Source of the DNA: Pachysolen tannophilus NRRL Y-2460
Lineage: Eukaryota
Reading direction: 5' to 3'
DNA length: 64,000 nt
Assembly (NCBI GenBank): GCA_001661245.1
Contig: KV454011.1
Coordinates: 828,956-892,955, forward strand
A model generated the notes under the pieces. The model searched no databases. It had not been told where the DNA came from and saw only the letters and a program-made list of their open reading frames with translations. The position numbers and the translations under genes were made by a program. Of the stretch, positions 34,001 to 45,399 are shown piece by piece (the stretch's first letter is position 1; every line of letters starts with the position of its first letter).

Positions 34001-35893
34001 TAATCCAATCATTTCCAATGAAAAATTCTCAATTGTATTAGAATAGTTTTCACTTTCAAGTACATACATAAATGTTCTCATTATTGAATATAGTAACAAC
34101 TCCAGACCTGGCCATTCTGGATATCCTAAAATGTTGATTAGATCTTCCAATATATTTTCAAAATTATGTTTAGAAGCAGAATCCAATTTTGACTTATTAT
34201 TTGTTATTTTGTTTAGCAATGATGAGGCAATTAGATTTGATATCTTCATAGCTTGATTACTTTGCTCATTAGAATATTCAGCAAATCTGGAGTTCTCGAG
34301 AAGCAATTCCTTCAATTCTATCTCCTTTAGTTCTTCCTTCTTATTTGCGAGCTCCCAAAATCTATCTGAAAATTGATAATTGCTGACTCCAAAGCAATGA
34401 ATGAATCTAACAAATAATACACTGACTAGTTGAACATTAATACCTCTCGATAATTTGAACTGTCTAGCAGCACCTTTATTCGATGGTAGTTTATCAACAT
34501 TTGTCAACACTTCATCCAAAATGAACTGGCGCTGATCTTCCCTTGTCCTGAAAATATTGCATAGGATGTCACAACACGAAGTTTTCAAATCTTCAAAACT
34601 ATTTAAATTCAAAGATGAAAACTTTTCCTTTGTATTTATTTCACAGAAAATTAATACTGATGACAAATATTCTAACCTTGTCAATAAGTTTTCTTCCAAA
34701 TTACAGTTTAAGTTTAAATATTTTGAAATTGCAACTAAGACCTTATTTAATTCGAGTTGAAACAAAGCTAATAAAGCTTTGGAACCCTTGCTTACTTCAA
34801 CTGATTTCTTGGTTAATGGAAGAATGCCATCTTCAATGCTCATGGATATAAAGTCAGTAACAGATAGTAAATATTTTTCCAAATATAACTGTTTTTCCTG
34901 TCTATTACTTAAAAAGATTAACATTATAATTAAGCAAGATTTTGAACAATTTAAACCTAATTTCAAAATATCAGTGTTTTCATATAAATCATTCCAATTT
35001 AAAGCCAAGCATTTTTTTAAAGATTTAAGACATAGATTTTCTATTCTTATCAAATAGTTTACGTCTATAGTATCTATTGATTTCGAGCTTAACAATCTTG
35101 TGATGCAATCATTAATTTGCTCTAAGACAATATCTGATAGCAAGTATTCAAAATCATCTTCTTTATTTTCAAATTCGTACCATAATAAAGGGTCATCTAT
35201 ATCCAAATCATCATCACTTAAACCTATATGATTTATCAATGAGGTTAAATCATGTAATGACTTGGTTTCTAGTTCATTCGGCTTCAAATAAGACGATTTA
35301 TAAATATGCTGCTTTTTAAGTGGACTCTCATTCTCACTTCCATCTTTGTCAGGACTTCTCTTCCCTAACCGCTGATTAGAATTTTGAAGTTCTTCTTTAT
35401 GTATCCTACAAAGTTCTTCTTTTTGTAACCTTAATTCCTGCTCTTCGATCTCTTCTTCATTATACTTCAATTTTATTCTTTTCATTTTTATATCTGGTTT
35501 TATAATTTGATTCTGTCCTATTGATTTACAACTATCAAACATCATCCTATCCAAAGGTTTCAAATCAGCGAGTTTGTCCACAGAACTTGATTTCTTGTTA
35601 TATCTTAAACTTGGTTTTTTAAATTTTAGCTCTTCTAGCTCCGCGTATTCATTCATATCTTCACTAACAAAGTCACTCATCAATAAATCAGTCACTTCTT
35701 TATACCTTTCAGGATTTTCGTTCAACGAATTTCTCATTTTGTTCAATTTTTGATCCAGATCTTGATAATACGTTGGTGATAATATTTCAATACTGGGCGA
35801 TGGTCCTAACAAAGGAGCAATATCCTGAGTAGGAATAATATTAGTCAACGGAGCATTATTCAATGCGTCTATTATATCCTCTGGAAGAGACAT
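31031..35893 (-). CDS. SCC2: Cohesin loader Scc2/NIPBL
   Basis: HEAT-repeat region with PEWPG, ARQFKL, DNSPLVRD, DSSLGVRKR. Confidence 0.93.
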   Translation of the reverse strand: MSLPEDIIDALNNAPLTNIIPTQDIAPLLGPSPSIEILSPTYYQDLDQKLNKMRNSLNENPERYKEVTDLLMSDFVSEDMNEYAELEELKFKKPSLRYNKKSSSVDKLADLKPLDRMMFDSCKSIGQNQIIKPDIKMKRIKLKYNEEEIEEQELRLQKEELCRIHKEELQNSNQRLGKRSPDKDGSENESPLKKQHIYKSSYLKPNELETKSLHDLTSLINHIGLSDDDLDIDDPLLWYEFENKEDDFEYLLSDIVLEQINDCITRLLSSKSIDTIDVNYLIRIENLCLKSLKKCLALNWNDLYENTDILKLGLNCSKSCLIIMLIFLSNRQEKQLYLEKYLLSVTDFISMSIEDGILPLTKKSVEVSKGSKALLALFQLELNKVLVAISKYLNLNCNLEENLLTRLEYLSSVLIFCEINTKEKFSSLNLNSFEDLKTSCCDILCNIFRTREDQRQFILDEVLTNVDKLPSNKGAARQFKLSRGINVQLVSVLFVRFIHCFGVSNYQFSDRFWELANKKEELKEIELKELLLENSRFAEYSNEQSNQAMKISNLIASSLLNKITNNKSKLDSASKHNFENILEDLINILGYPEWPGLELLLYSIMRTFMYVLESENYSNTIENFSLEMIGLIGCAMLSLRQNHDEFNKECSERQEFDELTKSYLNCLEYLQHSNLVNNEIGNTYFHRSSFNYEESFNFLIFKLLNKLHPLLFKLKEEDKNSFTYVNDFHMLLISSVFYENNSKFFKNDVSDSNIESSSLKSYNNILMSDSLLSLYDNFLNLIVKSLDHTKIKSRTRGIKNLSSLVSRQPSLLAFPSIKSSISSRMNDNSPLVRDACIDLVSQYLDQSKPELIDEFYQVLCQRMDDSSLGVRKRVSKLLRNLYLNTNKKAVKILICQKFLKRIQEDEEGTIIELCKNALLDLWFISLYNERSPEDEAYNRVICMARIEIILDVISKNEKNWNYFEHFLNKYVIHNGEEEENAKQRQIIMEALKLLIDKTLDFIIEFVDSKEHRLKIEKSMGLLSVITKLDGKLISQDQLTSLQPYLTDESVTGDNICYYTLNIFRHSLPETKNLRPTFVNDCQLSLLRRLTKFNVKELNEAMPCLWRLSILKKDTVRISNACVSCLKLTKSYMDTISSTDNILKNENVPKILRLLYLIGNFGRYCDFDSLDSRSRKIFMKENIWCKEKDESIATMMVRYLLFFCSKDDFNHQIKRVAIRNLINICISQPKLFMDESILKVIDDNFNEQINSQNIDVKEVIIQGIADFLQEEENKNLSKTEVAINKSSSNSNKLNVDVFHGNSSLFVNDGICASLVQRYINQILANCLFDNGNHSILAINFLKLVVKLGFVNPKLIIPTVIALESNPTTIIRDSALEIHSELYEKYESLIESNYIEGIKLAIVYRMKINNNDLKAFHVENNGFLKNFMNVIGNSKNSRKKFLLSIIKTFVMNLNENDLEKLKFHKNFILFLIRNLSNCEINSLEEAYILIYGLDKTLSREGINLSLLISKAFENNDSDMKNWEKLSILAHIYGIFLKFRNFLFLMYSNLSEERVKNFKPDLKKTDKDLKNASTIKSRETNLKLEVNDLDLLIDLEDLDNCFKVCNYFVRIFSVDFASEDFDE

Positions 35894-36014
35894 TTTAGAA
35901 TATGTTCATTTATAATTAACAAGTAATACAACATTAAGAGTGTTGTATTTATAGAAAAAGCAGCGCGAGCGCGTAAAAATTTATTTCTCAAAAATTATAT
36001 GTAATTTATAAAGA

Positions 36015-36815
36015 ATGATTAGAAGAGGAATAATACCGCTAGAACGACAAAATATTCAGATAGTATCCAATGATTCACCAAACTATTTGGTGATCAACAA
36101 GCCACCGGGGATATACTCGCAACCTTCAATGTACAGTAATCCTGAGCAAAATGAACTTTTACCACTATTGCTGTCACAGTATTCTTATTTGAATGCATCC
36201 AATCTACAACTAGTGCATCGGTTAGATAATTTTGTTACCGGTGGGATGCTAATATCTAAAGACAAGAATTCTGCAAAGAATTTCAGCAAATATTTGAGGA
36301 ATAAATCTGTGGATAATAATGAGAATAAGGGTTGGCTGTTCAAAAGAAGATATGTTGCGGTAGTAGATAAACCATCATTGATAGATAGCAGCTATGTTCA
36401 GATAACGAAAGAAAGAAATTACATCAAGGGTCTAGTAGATCGACCTATAGATGACAAAGATTCTATAACCAAATTCATACTTCCTAGAAAATCACCATTT
36501 GAAGACAAGTCATTAATTATACTAGAACTTGTAACAGGCAGAAAGCATCAAATTAGAAAGCATTTACAATTTTTAGATTTAGCGTGCTTGAACGATTCGA
36601 AATTTGGAAGTACTTATATATTCGATAAGGCCGATAAACGGCAAATCGGACTACACTCTTCGTTTATCCAGATTCAAATTGGTTTACAAGAACCGAAAAA
36701 ATTTTTAATACCGATTTTATATGGGAAAAAAAGTATTTGGAACGGTTTCATTGACGCTAATGGGTATTTTCCCGAATATATTAATAAATATTTGTTCGAT
36801 TTTGATAACTATTGA
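36015..36815 (+). CDS. PUS5: RluA-family pseudouridine synthase (mitochondrial 21S rRNA)
   Basis: INKPPG, VHRLD, TGRKHQIR motifs; synteny with SEC10/RPS31. Confidence 0.85.
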   Translation: MIRRGIIPLERQNIQIVSNDSPNYLVINKPPGIYSQPSMYSNPEQNELLPLLLSQYSYLNASNLQLVHRLDNFVTGGMLISKDKNSAKNFSKYLRNKSVDNNENKGWLFKRRYVAVVDKPSLIDSSYVQITKERNYIKGLVDRPIDDKDSITKFILPRKSPFEDKSLIILELVTGRKHQIRKHLQFLDLACLNDSKFGSTYIFDKADKRQIGLHSSFIQIQIGLQEPKKFLIPILYGKKSIWNGFIDANGYFPEYINKYLFDFDNY

Positions 36816-38284
36816 GAAGCAGTAGGTAAATCAATGATTCTTAGCATCATCAAGTCTAAAAGACGTAATATCAAATGTTTATTTATCTCTTTAATTTCAA
36901 AACTCTTGAGAAAATTATCAACTTCAGTTTCGAGTAATTTGTCGTTTTGGAAATATAGGAATTTTTTTAGGCACCAAAAATATAAATTATCATTAAAAAT
37001 TTTCAAGATTTTAAACTTTACTTCATTCATCAAAGTTTTCAATTCTTCTTCTGTTGTAGGTATAAATCTTTCTTCGAGTACTAATTCATCATCCTTTGGG
37101 AAAAAAAGTAATCTCAAATTTGAAATTAATGATATAAGAAAATTTTCATTATGGAAAGTTTTCAAAATTAAAAAATTGTTAATTAAATTTCTTAATAAAT
37201 GTCTTATCTTTGCGTGTAAATTGTTGTTAATGATCTTTAAAATGGAGTAGCTTAAGGGCAGCTTATCATTTAAATTTAACAAGTGGTTTAAAAATTCAAA
37301 AACGTGATAGGAAGTTTCTCCAACTGATTTACTCTTATCATTTGATAAAGCTGATGTTGTATAAGCAATGGCATGAAATAATGACCTAAGAATCCCACTA
37401 TCATTATTTGAATTGTCATCGGCTTCATTCACAATTTCAGTCCTAGGTTTTTCTTTTTGTAATATCAGATCACAACAGCTACCTATAATCTCCCATATTA
37501 TATATGGCTCGCTTAATTTATCAACCATTTGTTTTAAAAAAAATTCATTAGTTATTGTACTTAAAAAATTCAAACTTAATTTACTATTAAGTTCATCTGC
37601 TGTTAAAATCTTGTTTAAAAAATTATAAGAAATTAATTTTAAATATAAAGTTTCATCATCGCAACCAGGATGATAATCTAATTTTTGGAAAGTAACAATT
37701 AAATTTTCATTTATATTTTTTGATGAGGTTGGTAAAGAAGGTATTGGTAATAGGAGTGAATCATTCAAATCGATGAGTCGAGAATAATTTAAAAGATGAC
37801 TATCAAATATTATGAACAAATCATCAAATAAAAAATCAATCAAGTTTAATTTTCTTAATCTAACTTCTAAAAATCTTGTAATATGAGCTAATAAATATAA
37901 CACTTCATTTAAAAATTCAAATTGATAATCATCAGTAACGTTGTTATACCAACTAATTAAGAATTTCTTTAAAAATAAAGATATGAACGCATATAACTGC
38001 AAGTCTATGTTGTTTGATGAAGTCAACGCGGGTAATAACGATCTTAATGAATTCTCTTCTCTAGATGAATTAGGGAAAAGGGTTTGAATTATTAAAGTTT
38101 CTAAATACTCATTTGAATCTCTACCTAATGATTTGGTTAAAGCTTGTTGTGATTTACCGCTGTCGTTATCATTGTTGCCCTCACTTGTAGACTTATTATC
38201 ATTATTGAGTTTCTTTAATCTATTGATTCTATTTGTAGTGTTGAACCTATGAATATTCAACGGTCTTTTTTTGATCAGAGACAT
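36809..38284 (-). CDS. NVJ3: PXA-domain protein
   Basis: LPALTSSNNIDLQLYAF..SWY PXA start; near SCC2 as YDR179W-A. Confidence 0.7.
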   Translation of the reverse strand: MSLIKKRPLNIHRFNTTNRINRLKKLNNDNKSTSEGNNDNDSGKSQQALTKSLGRDSNEYLETLIIQTLFPNSSREENSLRSLLPALTSSNNIDLQLYAFISLFLKKFLISWYNNVTDDYQFEFLNEVLYLLAHITRFLEVRLRKLNLIDFLFDDLFIIFDSHLLNYSRLIDLNDSLLLPIPSLPTSSKNINENLIVTFQKLDYHPGCDDETLYLKLISYNFLNKILTADELNSKLSLNFLSTITNEFFLKQMVDKLSEPYIIWEIIGSCCDLILQKEKPRTEIVNEADDNSNNDSGILRSLFHAIAYTTSALSNDKSKSVGETSYHVFEFLNHLLNLNDKLPLSYSILKIINNNLHAKIRHLLRNLINNFLILKTFHNENFLISLISNLRLLFFPKDDELVLEERFIPTTEEELKTLMNEVKFKILKIFNDNLYFWCLKKFLYFQNDKLLETEVDNFLKSFEIKEINKHLILRLLDLMMLRIIDLPTASQ

Positions 38285-38437
38285 TTGGTATAATCGAATT
38301 TCATTTTCTTTTCTTTTAGTTTAATTGTATAATAATATGTTTTATTTTTTAATTTTTTTTTATTTATATATATATATATATATTTTAATTTTTAATTATT
38401 TTTTTTTTGTTGTTCCTTAAAAACTAATGGAATTATA

Positions 38438-39091
38438 ATGGAAAGTTCAAAGTATATAGAAAGATATCAGGAGAATATCTTAACGAATAGGGAAGATGAA
38501 GATGAGAATGATTTGTTGCAAGAGTTAGAAGATGAGTTGGATAATGATGGGTTTATTTCTTCTTATAGAGAACAAAGAATTCAAGAGCTTTCGAATCAAA
38601 TTAAAACCATTAATTCAAAAGATTTTTCACATATAGATGAAGAACATGGAAATGTAAAGACTATAACGGAGGAAAAAGATGTGATAGAAGAAACTTTAAG
38701 ATCAGACATTACAATAATTCATTTTTACGGTGAAAACTTTAAAACGTGTAAGATCTTGGATAAAAATTTGGTTAAATTATCATTAAAACATCTTAATGTA
38801 AGTTTTTTAAGAATTGACGCGTCAAAAGCACCATTTTTAGTTGTAAAATTAAAGATAAAAATTTTACCATGCTTGGTTGTTTATAGGAAACAAGTTGAAG
38901 TATTTAGATTGGTTGGATTTGAACATTTGACCACATATAATGGAACAACTTTTAAAATAGAAGAATTGGAAGAATTATTATATAGAAATGGCGCTTTGGA
39001 TCGAAAATCCATAAAGTTTAATAATTTGAGAAACAAGATAAAAAATGATAAGAATCATTACGATGAAGAAGATAGTGATTTAGATCTTTAA
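38438..39091 (+). CDS. PLP1: Phosducin-like protein
   Basis: YREQRIQEL, IHFY, KAPFLVVKLKIKILPC, VGFE. Confidence 0.88.
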   Translation: MESSKYIERYQENILTNREDEDENDLLQELEDELDNDGFISSYREQRIQELSNQIKTINSKDFSHIDEEHGNVKTITEEKDVIEETLRSDITIIHFYGENFKTCKILDKNLVKLSLKHLNVSFLRIDASKAPFLVVKLKIKILPCLVVYRKQVEVFRLVGFEHLTTYNGTTFKIEELEELLYRNGALDRKSIKFNNLRNKIKNDKNHYDEEDSDLDL

Positions 39092-39125
39092 ACATATAAA
39101 TATACAAGTTGTATACGTTCCATTT

Positions 39126-39797
39126 TTATTCTATTTCCTTTTGACAAGATATTAATCCTATAAACATTTTTAATAACCTCCATAAAAAATTTTTTTTATT
39201 TTTCCTAAAACTTTCAATAACATATTCATTCCCATTCCCATTCCCTTTCCCATTTTTATACCTATTAATTTCATTGATTTCATTAATTTCATTAATTTCA
39301 TTACCATTTCGATCTGCTATATTTCCAAGCCTTTTCCTATTTTTCAAGACGTTATCTCCAACCTTTAATCCTTTACGATGGTTACGGTAATGGTAATTAC
39401 GGTGATTACGTCGTTGATCATACAGTCGTTGATCATACAGGCCCTGCTGAAAGTTGTAATTGCCGCCATTATAAAGAAACTCTGCATTCTCAGTAGTTAA
39501 AGTCGAAGGCGGAGACAACGGTACTAAATACCTGTTCCCATGTTTTTGTGAAACATACATATTATTATTACTATTATTATTATGATGATCCAGATTGACA
39601 CTATTCGAAAGTGTATTAGAAACCTGATAAATCTTGATGTTTCGAAAATCGCCCTCGTTTGATGCATAATTGGAATAAAATCGATTAAAGTATTCCTTCC
39701 AATTAGTTAAAGTTTCATCCAACTCATAAATTGACGATGGATATTTTATAGTCGCATTATAATGATTCTTTTCATTTCTATTATTACCAATGTCCAT
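39126..39797 (-). CDS. Hypothetical low-complexity protein
   Basis: 223-codon ORF from ATG 39797 with in-frame micro-repeats; no recognised domain. Confidence 0.55.
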   Translation of the reverse strand: MDIGNNRNEKNHYNATIKYPSSIYELDETLTNWKEYFNRFYSNYASNEGDFRNIKIYQVSNTLSNSVNLDHHNNNSNNNMYVSQKHGNRYLVPLSPPSTLTTENAEFLYNGGNYNFQQGLYDQRLYDQRRNHRNYHYRNHRKGLKVGDNVLKNRKRLGNIADRNGNEINEINEINEINRYKNGKGNGNGNEYVIESFRKNKKNFLWRLLKMFIGLISCQKEIE

Positions 39798-40336
39798 CAA
39801 ACTATAAATGAAGAGCGCTACCGCCGGTTGTGTCTTTTTTGCAAAGTATTTGGTACTTTATTACTTATGCTTGTTAGTTAATGTTTCACGAGATAAGATT
39901 TAAAAGCAAAACAAAACAAATAAAAATAATTTAAAAAAGAAAAACAAAACAAAAAAAAAAAGTAAAATATAATTATGGTCGTGTGAAAGCTTATTAAATC
40001 CCCAATTAAGGCAACTACAGTTACAATGTTGTGGTGTTGTGGTGTTTGGGTGTAGTGTAACTATTAATTTTTTTTTTTTTTTTTTTCCTAAATTCTCGTT
40101 GCACAATTTTTAGGGTTAAACCCCTTTTCCACAATTTTTTTTTTTTTTATTTTCATTTTTTTTCACTTACAGTTGCAAGGTGGTGAGGGAAAAAAATTTT
40201 TTTTTTTTTTTTTTAAATTCATCAATTTGTATTTTTTTATTATATTATATTTTTTATATTTTTTTTAGTATCACCTAATTTTTGGCTAGAAAGAAGCACT
40301 ATATTAATATTGCAGACGAAACCGAAAGTTAGATAG

Positions 40337-40798
<462 letters not shown>

Positions 40799-41210
40799 GA
40801 GAAGAAACACTATAAATAGAGTTGTTTTTTTGCACTCTTCGGGGTCTCTTTTTTTTTGTTAGGGGATATTTATAATTAATATATATAAACTATCATATAT
40901 TTTTATACAACTAACTCGTAGATTGATTAATCATGATATAATCTTGTACTTTTCTGATCCTGTTGTCGATCCTGTTATCAGACAATTACCACTCCATTGG
41001 TGGTTTTAACTATATAAAACTGGAGCTCTGCCATTTTGCTCTTTCTCTCATTTGGCCCGTGTTTCCACGTGCAAATTAGTTTCCTATCAAAAACAGAGAA
41101 ACTAAAAAAAAACAAAAAAATTATTAAGAGAAATTATTCTCTTTGCTCTCTTAATAATACTTGAATTCATCATTTTTAGAGAGCGGGTTTTGTAAATTTG
41201 AATTAAGATT

Positions 41211-42191
41211 ATGGGTTGGTTTTGGGCTGATGATGATACTAAACTGAATTTGGATATTGTAAGTATTAACTAAGGAGTTAGGTTGGGGGAAAAAGGAAGA
41301 AAGAAAAAAAAAATTTTTTTTGATTTTTAAATTTCCTTGGAATTAATTTCATACTAATATTTAATATTATACATATAGTCAAAGTGTCCAGTGAACCATC
41401 AATCTACGGCAGTGGCATCATGTCCTGTTGTACAACAACCAAAGGAGGTTGCAGCGGTTTGTCCGGTGAATCATGGTTTGAATAATAGTGATAATGACAC
41501 TTTTATAAATCCGTTGAACAATATGCCATTTTCTATATCATCTGAAAAATCTCCGGGACAAAAAATTAATTTACCAAAGGAAAGAACAATGTCATCAATA
41601 CCAAGGGGGCAATCCGATAATGAAGGAGTTTGGGAATACCCTTCACCGCAGCAGATGTTGAATGCGATGTTGAGAAAGGGTAAAGGAAGTGTTCCAGAAG
41701 AAGCTGTAGAATCAATGGTTGATGTACACAATTGGTTGAATGAAGCTGCATGGAGAGAAATTTTGGAATGGGAAAAACCACATTCTGATAAAACTCATAT
41801 TGAACCGAGATTGTTAAGATTCATTGGTAAGCCACATGAATTGTCACCTAGGGCTCGTTTATACCTTGGTCTTTCCAAACTTTTCCCAGATAGATTTAAT
41901 GAAAACCCTCCGTTTGATAGACACGATTGGACAGTATTAAGAGGTTCAAACGTACAGGATACTAATAACAACGAAACTGGAAACGGAGAAACTAAGAAAG
42001 TTTGGGAAGAAGTTAGGTATGTCATTGATTACTACGGTGGTCCTGATGATGAAGAAAGTGGTCTGCCAACTTTCTTCTTAGATGTTAGACCTGCCTTGGA
42101 TAGCTTTGTTAATTGTCAAGATAGGTTCTCTAGATGGTATGGCACGGTGGTCCAGCCAACCGTTGAAAAAGCTTTAGGAAAATGGGAATAA
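41211..42191 (+). CDS. CYC3: Cytochrome c heme lyase; exons 41211-41258 and 41379-42191
   Basis: MGWFWAD N-terminus; intron GTAAGT(41259)..TACTAAT(41352)..TAG(41378); three CPV motifs, [22 protein letters not shown]. Confidence 0.93.
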
Positions 42192-42626
42192 ATGATTATT
42201 CTTTTTTTTCTAGTTTTTTTTTTTTTCTTTTGACTTACAGTTTGGTTTGATCTGACTTTCACCTTTTTCCTTATATGGTGTTCTTGATTTAGTGTTTTAC
42301 GGGATTTTTCTTAAACGAAACCTGGAATGGTTTGTACATAAATGTTTCATTAATTTTTATTTTTTTATTTTTGTTTTCACTTAATTTATTAACTTATTAT
42401 TATATTATTTTCAGTCATAATCATCATATCTTTTATTTTTTTTTTTTAGTTTTTGAATTTATTAGTATTTATTGAAAATTAAATAACCTAACAGATTACA
42501 TTTCCTTTTCTAAATGATAAACGTTTTGATTCTACGTATTCGTATCTTGTTTCTAACGAAAAATAAATAAATAAATAGATAAATAAATAAATGAATAAAT
42601 AAATAAATACTTGATGTCCGGCTACT

Positions 42627-44108
42627 TTACGGAAACAATATTCTTCCAAAATTGCCAAAGTAATGGTATAACACAACATCTCTTAACTTTTCTCTCTTTA
42701 ATCTGGCGTCATTTTGATATGGAATATTGATTTCTTTATATTTTTCATAGAAAGTTTTGGCATTTTCCAAATCACCCAATTTCTCATACATGCGATATAG
42801 ATTTTTAAAACAATTCTTGCTGATCTTTGCACTATTATAATTGTCTTTAGAACTAATTAATGATTCGTAACATGATTCTTGTGAAAATTTGATAGCATCA
42901 GTAAATAATTTTTTAGACCATAGGATTTCTGCAATATTTGATTTTAACAATGGGATTTTTTCATTCTTTAACAGATTTAATTCAGATTCTCTTTTAAAAT
43001 CTTGTGATGATGATTTCAAACTTAAAAGCTTGTCTTCTTTGAACTGAAGTGATCTTAATACTGATAACAAAATTGATAGTGATTTGTTGATATCCTTCTT
43101 TGAGTCTATATAGAAAAGTGACAAATCTAATAATGAAGACAAAAGATTATCAGAAATCATTGTATTTTTCGGAACAACACCAAATTCATCTTTTTCAAAC
43201 TGCAAATGTTCTTTGTCAATTAATAACTTAACTGCATTAATATAATATGCTTCAATTTTTTCATAAATTTTCTTTTCATCTTTAAAAAATTTTCCAGAAT
43301 CAACTTGAGATTCCATAATTGAAGCCAATGTTCTCAATGCATTATTCTTCAAATTATAAGACCCAATATCATGAACTTTAGGATTTCCTTCAAATTCTTT
43401 TATTATGTCCAACGTTTGATTAATAATAAATTCAGTTTCCTGATCATTGCCATGAGTTAAAGCATATCTCAACAACAAATCACAATATCCTCCAACAAAT
43501 CTCAAATCATTTTTGCTTTTTAAAGTCTTCATAGGTAAAATTATAAAATCATTACTTTTCTCGTCGTATTTCAGTATTTGCTCTTGATCTGATAAATTTT
43601 TTAATGCTTTTAAATATTCTTTATTTGCAGCTTTCATATCTTTATTCACTTCTTCTTTGATCAAACCTTCTCTAATATTAAATCTAGACCATATATTGAA
43701 AGAGCTCGGTATATCTTGAATCGATTGTAAATACCTTACAGAAAGAAAGAAAAAAAGTACATTGAATAAAAAATTGGCAACAATGTAAACCAAGAAAACA
43801 ATAAGTAATCTTCTTCTAAAAGTACCGCCTTTCCTATTTTTCATTGTCACACCCAATTCCTTAATATTAGTAATAACTTTCCAAGGAGCTGCATTTCTTC
43901 TTTGAATGTGGTTAATACCTATCGATGGTGAATATAAAGATTTCCTATATTTCGTAATTACATCTTTATTCGAATGTATATGGTGAAAGCCTCTAGTGAA
44001 AAACAAGACATTTAATGGTTTATTATATAGGAGAAATGTCTTTGCAACAATTGAACCCTTATTACCGTTCTTGAAACTCAATAACCTTAAGCCTAACCTC
44101 ATCATCAT
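42627..44108 (-). CDS. MGR3: Mitochondrial inner-membrane TPR-like protein, probably i-AAA protease adaptor Mgr3
   Basis: Presequence, single TM, GYCDLLLR and NIAEILW helical repeats; recalled similarity only. Confidence 0.5.
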   Translation of the reverse strand: MMMRLGLRLLSFKNGNKGSIVAKTFLLYNKPLNVLFFTRGFHHIHSNKDVITKYRKSLYSPSIGINHIQRRNAAPWKVITNIKELGVTMKNRKGGTFRRRLLIVFLVYIVANFLFNVLFFFLSVRYLQSIQDIPSSFNIWSRFNIREGLIKEEVNKDMKAANKEYLKALKNLSDQEQILKYDEKSNDFIILPMKTLKSKNDLRFVGGYCDLLLRYALTHGNDQETEFIINQTLDIIKEFEGNPKVHDIGSYNLKNNALRTLASIMESQVDSGKFFKDEKKIYEKIEAYYINAVKLLIDKEHLQFEKDEFGVVPKNTMISDNLLSSLLDLSLFYIDSKKDINKSLSILLSVLRSLQFKEDKLLSLKSSSQDFKRESELNLLKNEKIPLLKSNIAEILWSKKLFTDAIKFSQESCYESLISSKDNYNSAKISKNCFKNLYRMYEKLGDLENAKTFYEKYKEINIPYQNDARLKREKLRDVVLYHYFGNFGRILFP

Positions 44109-44277
44109 TGGCGTTGGAGTTTTTTCTCCCCCAATAATATATATGTTAGTTTTTGATTTTACTTGATAAATAAATAATTTTGTGGTTTTGTATTTTCTTT
44201 TTTTTTATTTTTATTTTGACTTTTTTACAGCTTCTTTTTTGCTCACATTAAAGCTATCAAATGATTTTTATCAAGTA

Positions 44278-45399
44278 ATGAATAGGCTTACACAGTACAA
44301 GAGAAAGAGAAGCAAGGATAATGATAAGAAACAGGGCATCAAGAGTAGTAAGAATTCTTTAATGATTTACAAGATTATTTCGTGGTTTGTGTTTAATCCA
44401 CAATCGAATACCGATTTAAAAACCATTAATAGAGATCGAGATTTGCGTAATTATCAAGTCTTTAGCAATTCGAGATATTTATTCTTTTTTGGAGGAAGGT
44501 TAAGGACATTAACGAACACTAAAAGATTTAGCATTTTCACTTTTATAATAATACTCTTGCCACTCATATTGTATTTGATATTTGAATCGAGTTGGTTATG
44601 GCATCATGTTTCCCCAGCTTTAGTTATATTATTCATCTATACATGGTTTTTATGTTTTATGAATTTCCTCATGGCAGCTGCTACGGACCCTGGAATATTA
44701 CCAAAGAATATTCATATTACAGATGATTCAAGACAATTACCTATAGAATATTTCAATATTATATCTCTTCCTGGTTATTTGAAGAATAATAGTGTGGAGA
44801 TTAAATATTGTAATACATGTCATATTTGGAGACTTCCAAGAACATCACATTGTGCAACCTGCAATTCTTGTATAATGTTTCATGATCATCATTGTATGTG
44901 GTTAGATAATTGTGTCGGGCAAAGGAATTATAGATATTTCTTAAATTTTTTAATATTTGCTTGTATATCAGTGATATATTTGATTATAACTTCATTTTAC
45001 CATCTTTTCAAATACGACCAATTCTTACCAATACGAGAAGTTATGAAACATATACCAATGACATTATTTTTAGCAATATACAGTTGTTTAGCCATTATGT
45101 ATCCACTGTTATTATTAACATGTCAGCTTTTCCTTACAATGAATTTAATGACTACAAGAGAATACTTTCATATACTTAATTCTTCACCTAATGAATTGAA
45201 AGGAAACAATTTTATTTCAAAAGTATGGAATACCAATAGTTTTAATTCTAAAAACATATTTACCAATTTGGTGATTCAATTCTGTCGTCCAAGAGGTTTA
45301 TCACTAGTTAGATTACAAGATCGGTATATTAATGGAGATAGCCGGTTTGAGAATTTGAACAATGATAAAGATAGTGATTTTGGTAAATATCAAATTTAA
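44278..45399 (+). CDS. ERF2: DHHC palmitoyltransferase
   Basis: RNYQ..FFFGGR, DPGILP, CxxC..PRTSHC, DHHC, TTRE motifs; first ATG 44278. Confidence 0.88.
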   Translation: MNRLTQYKRKRSKDNDKKQGIKSSKNSLMIYKIISWFVFNPQSNTDLKTINRDRDLRNYQVFSNSRYLFFFGGRLRTLTNTKRFSIFTFIIILLPLILYLIFESSWLWHHVSPALVILFIYTWFLCFMNFLMAAATDPGILPKNIHITDDSRQLPIEYFNIISLPGYLKNNSVEIKYCNTCHIWRLPRTSHCATCNSCIMFHDHHCMWLDNCVGQRNYRYFLNFLIFACISVIYLIITSFYHLFKYDQFLPIREVMKHIPMTLFLAIYSCLAIMYPLLLLTCQLFLTMNLMTTREYFHILNSSPNELKGNNFISKVWNTNSFNSKNIFTNLVIQFCRPRGLSLVRLQDRYINGDSRFENLNNDKDSDFGKYQI

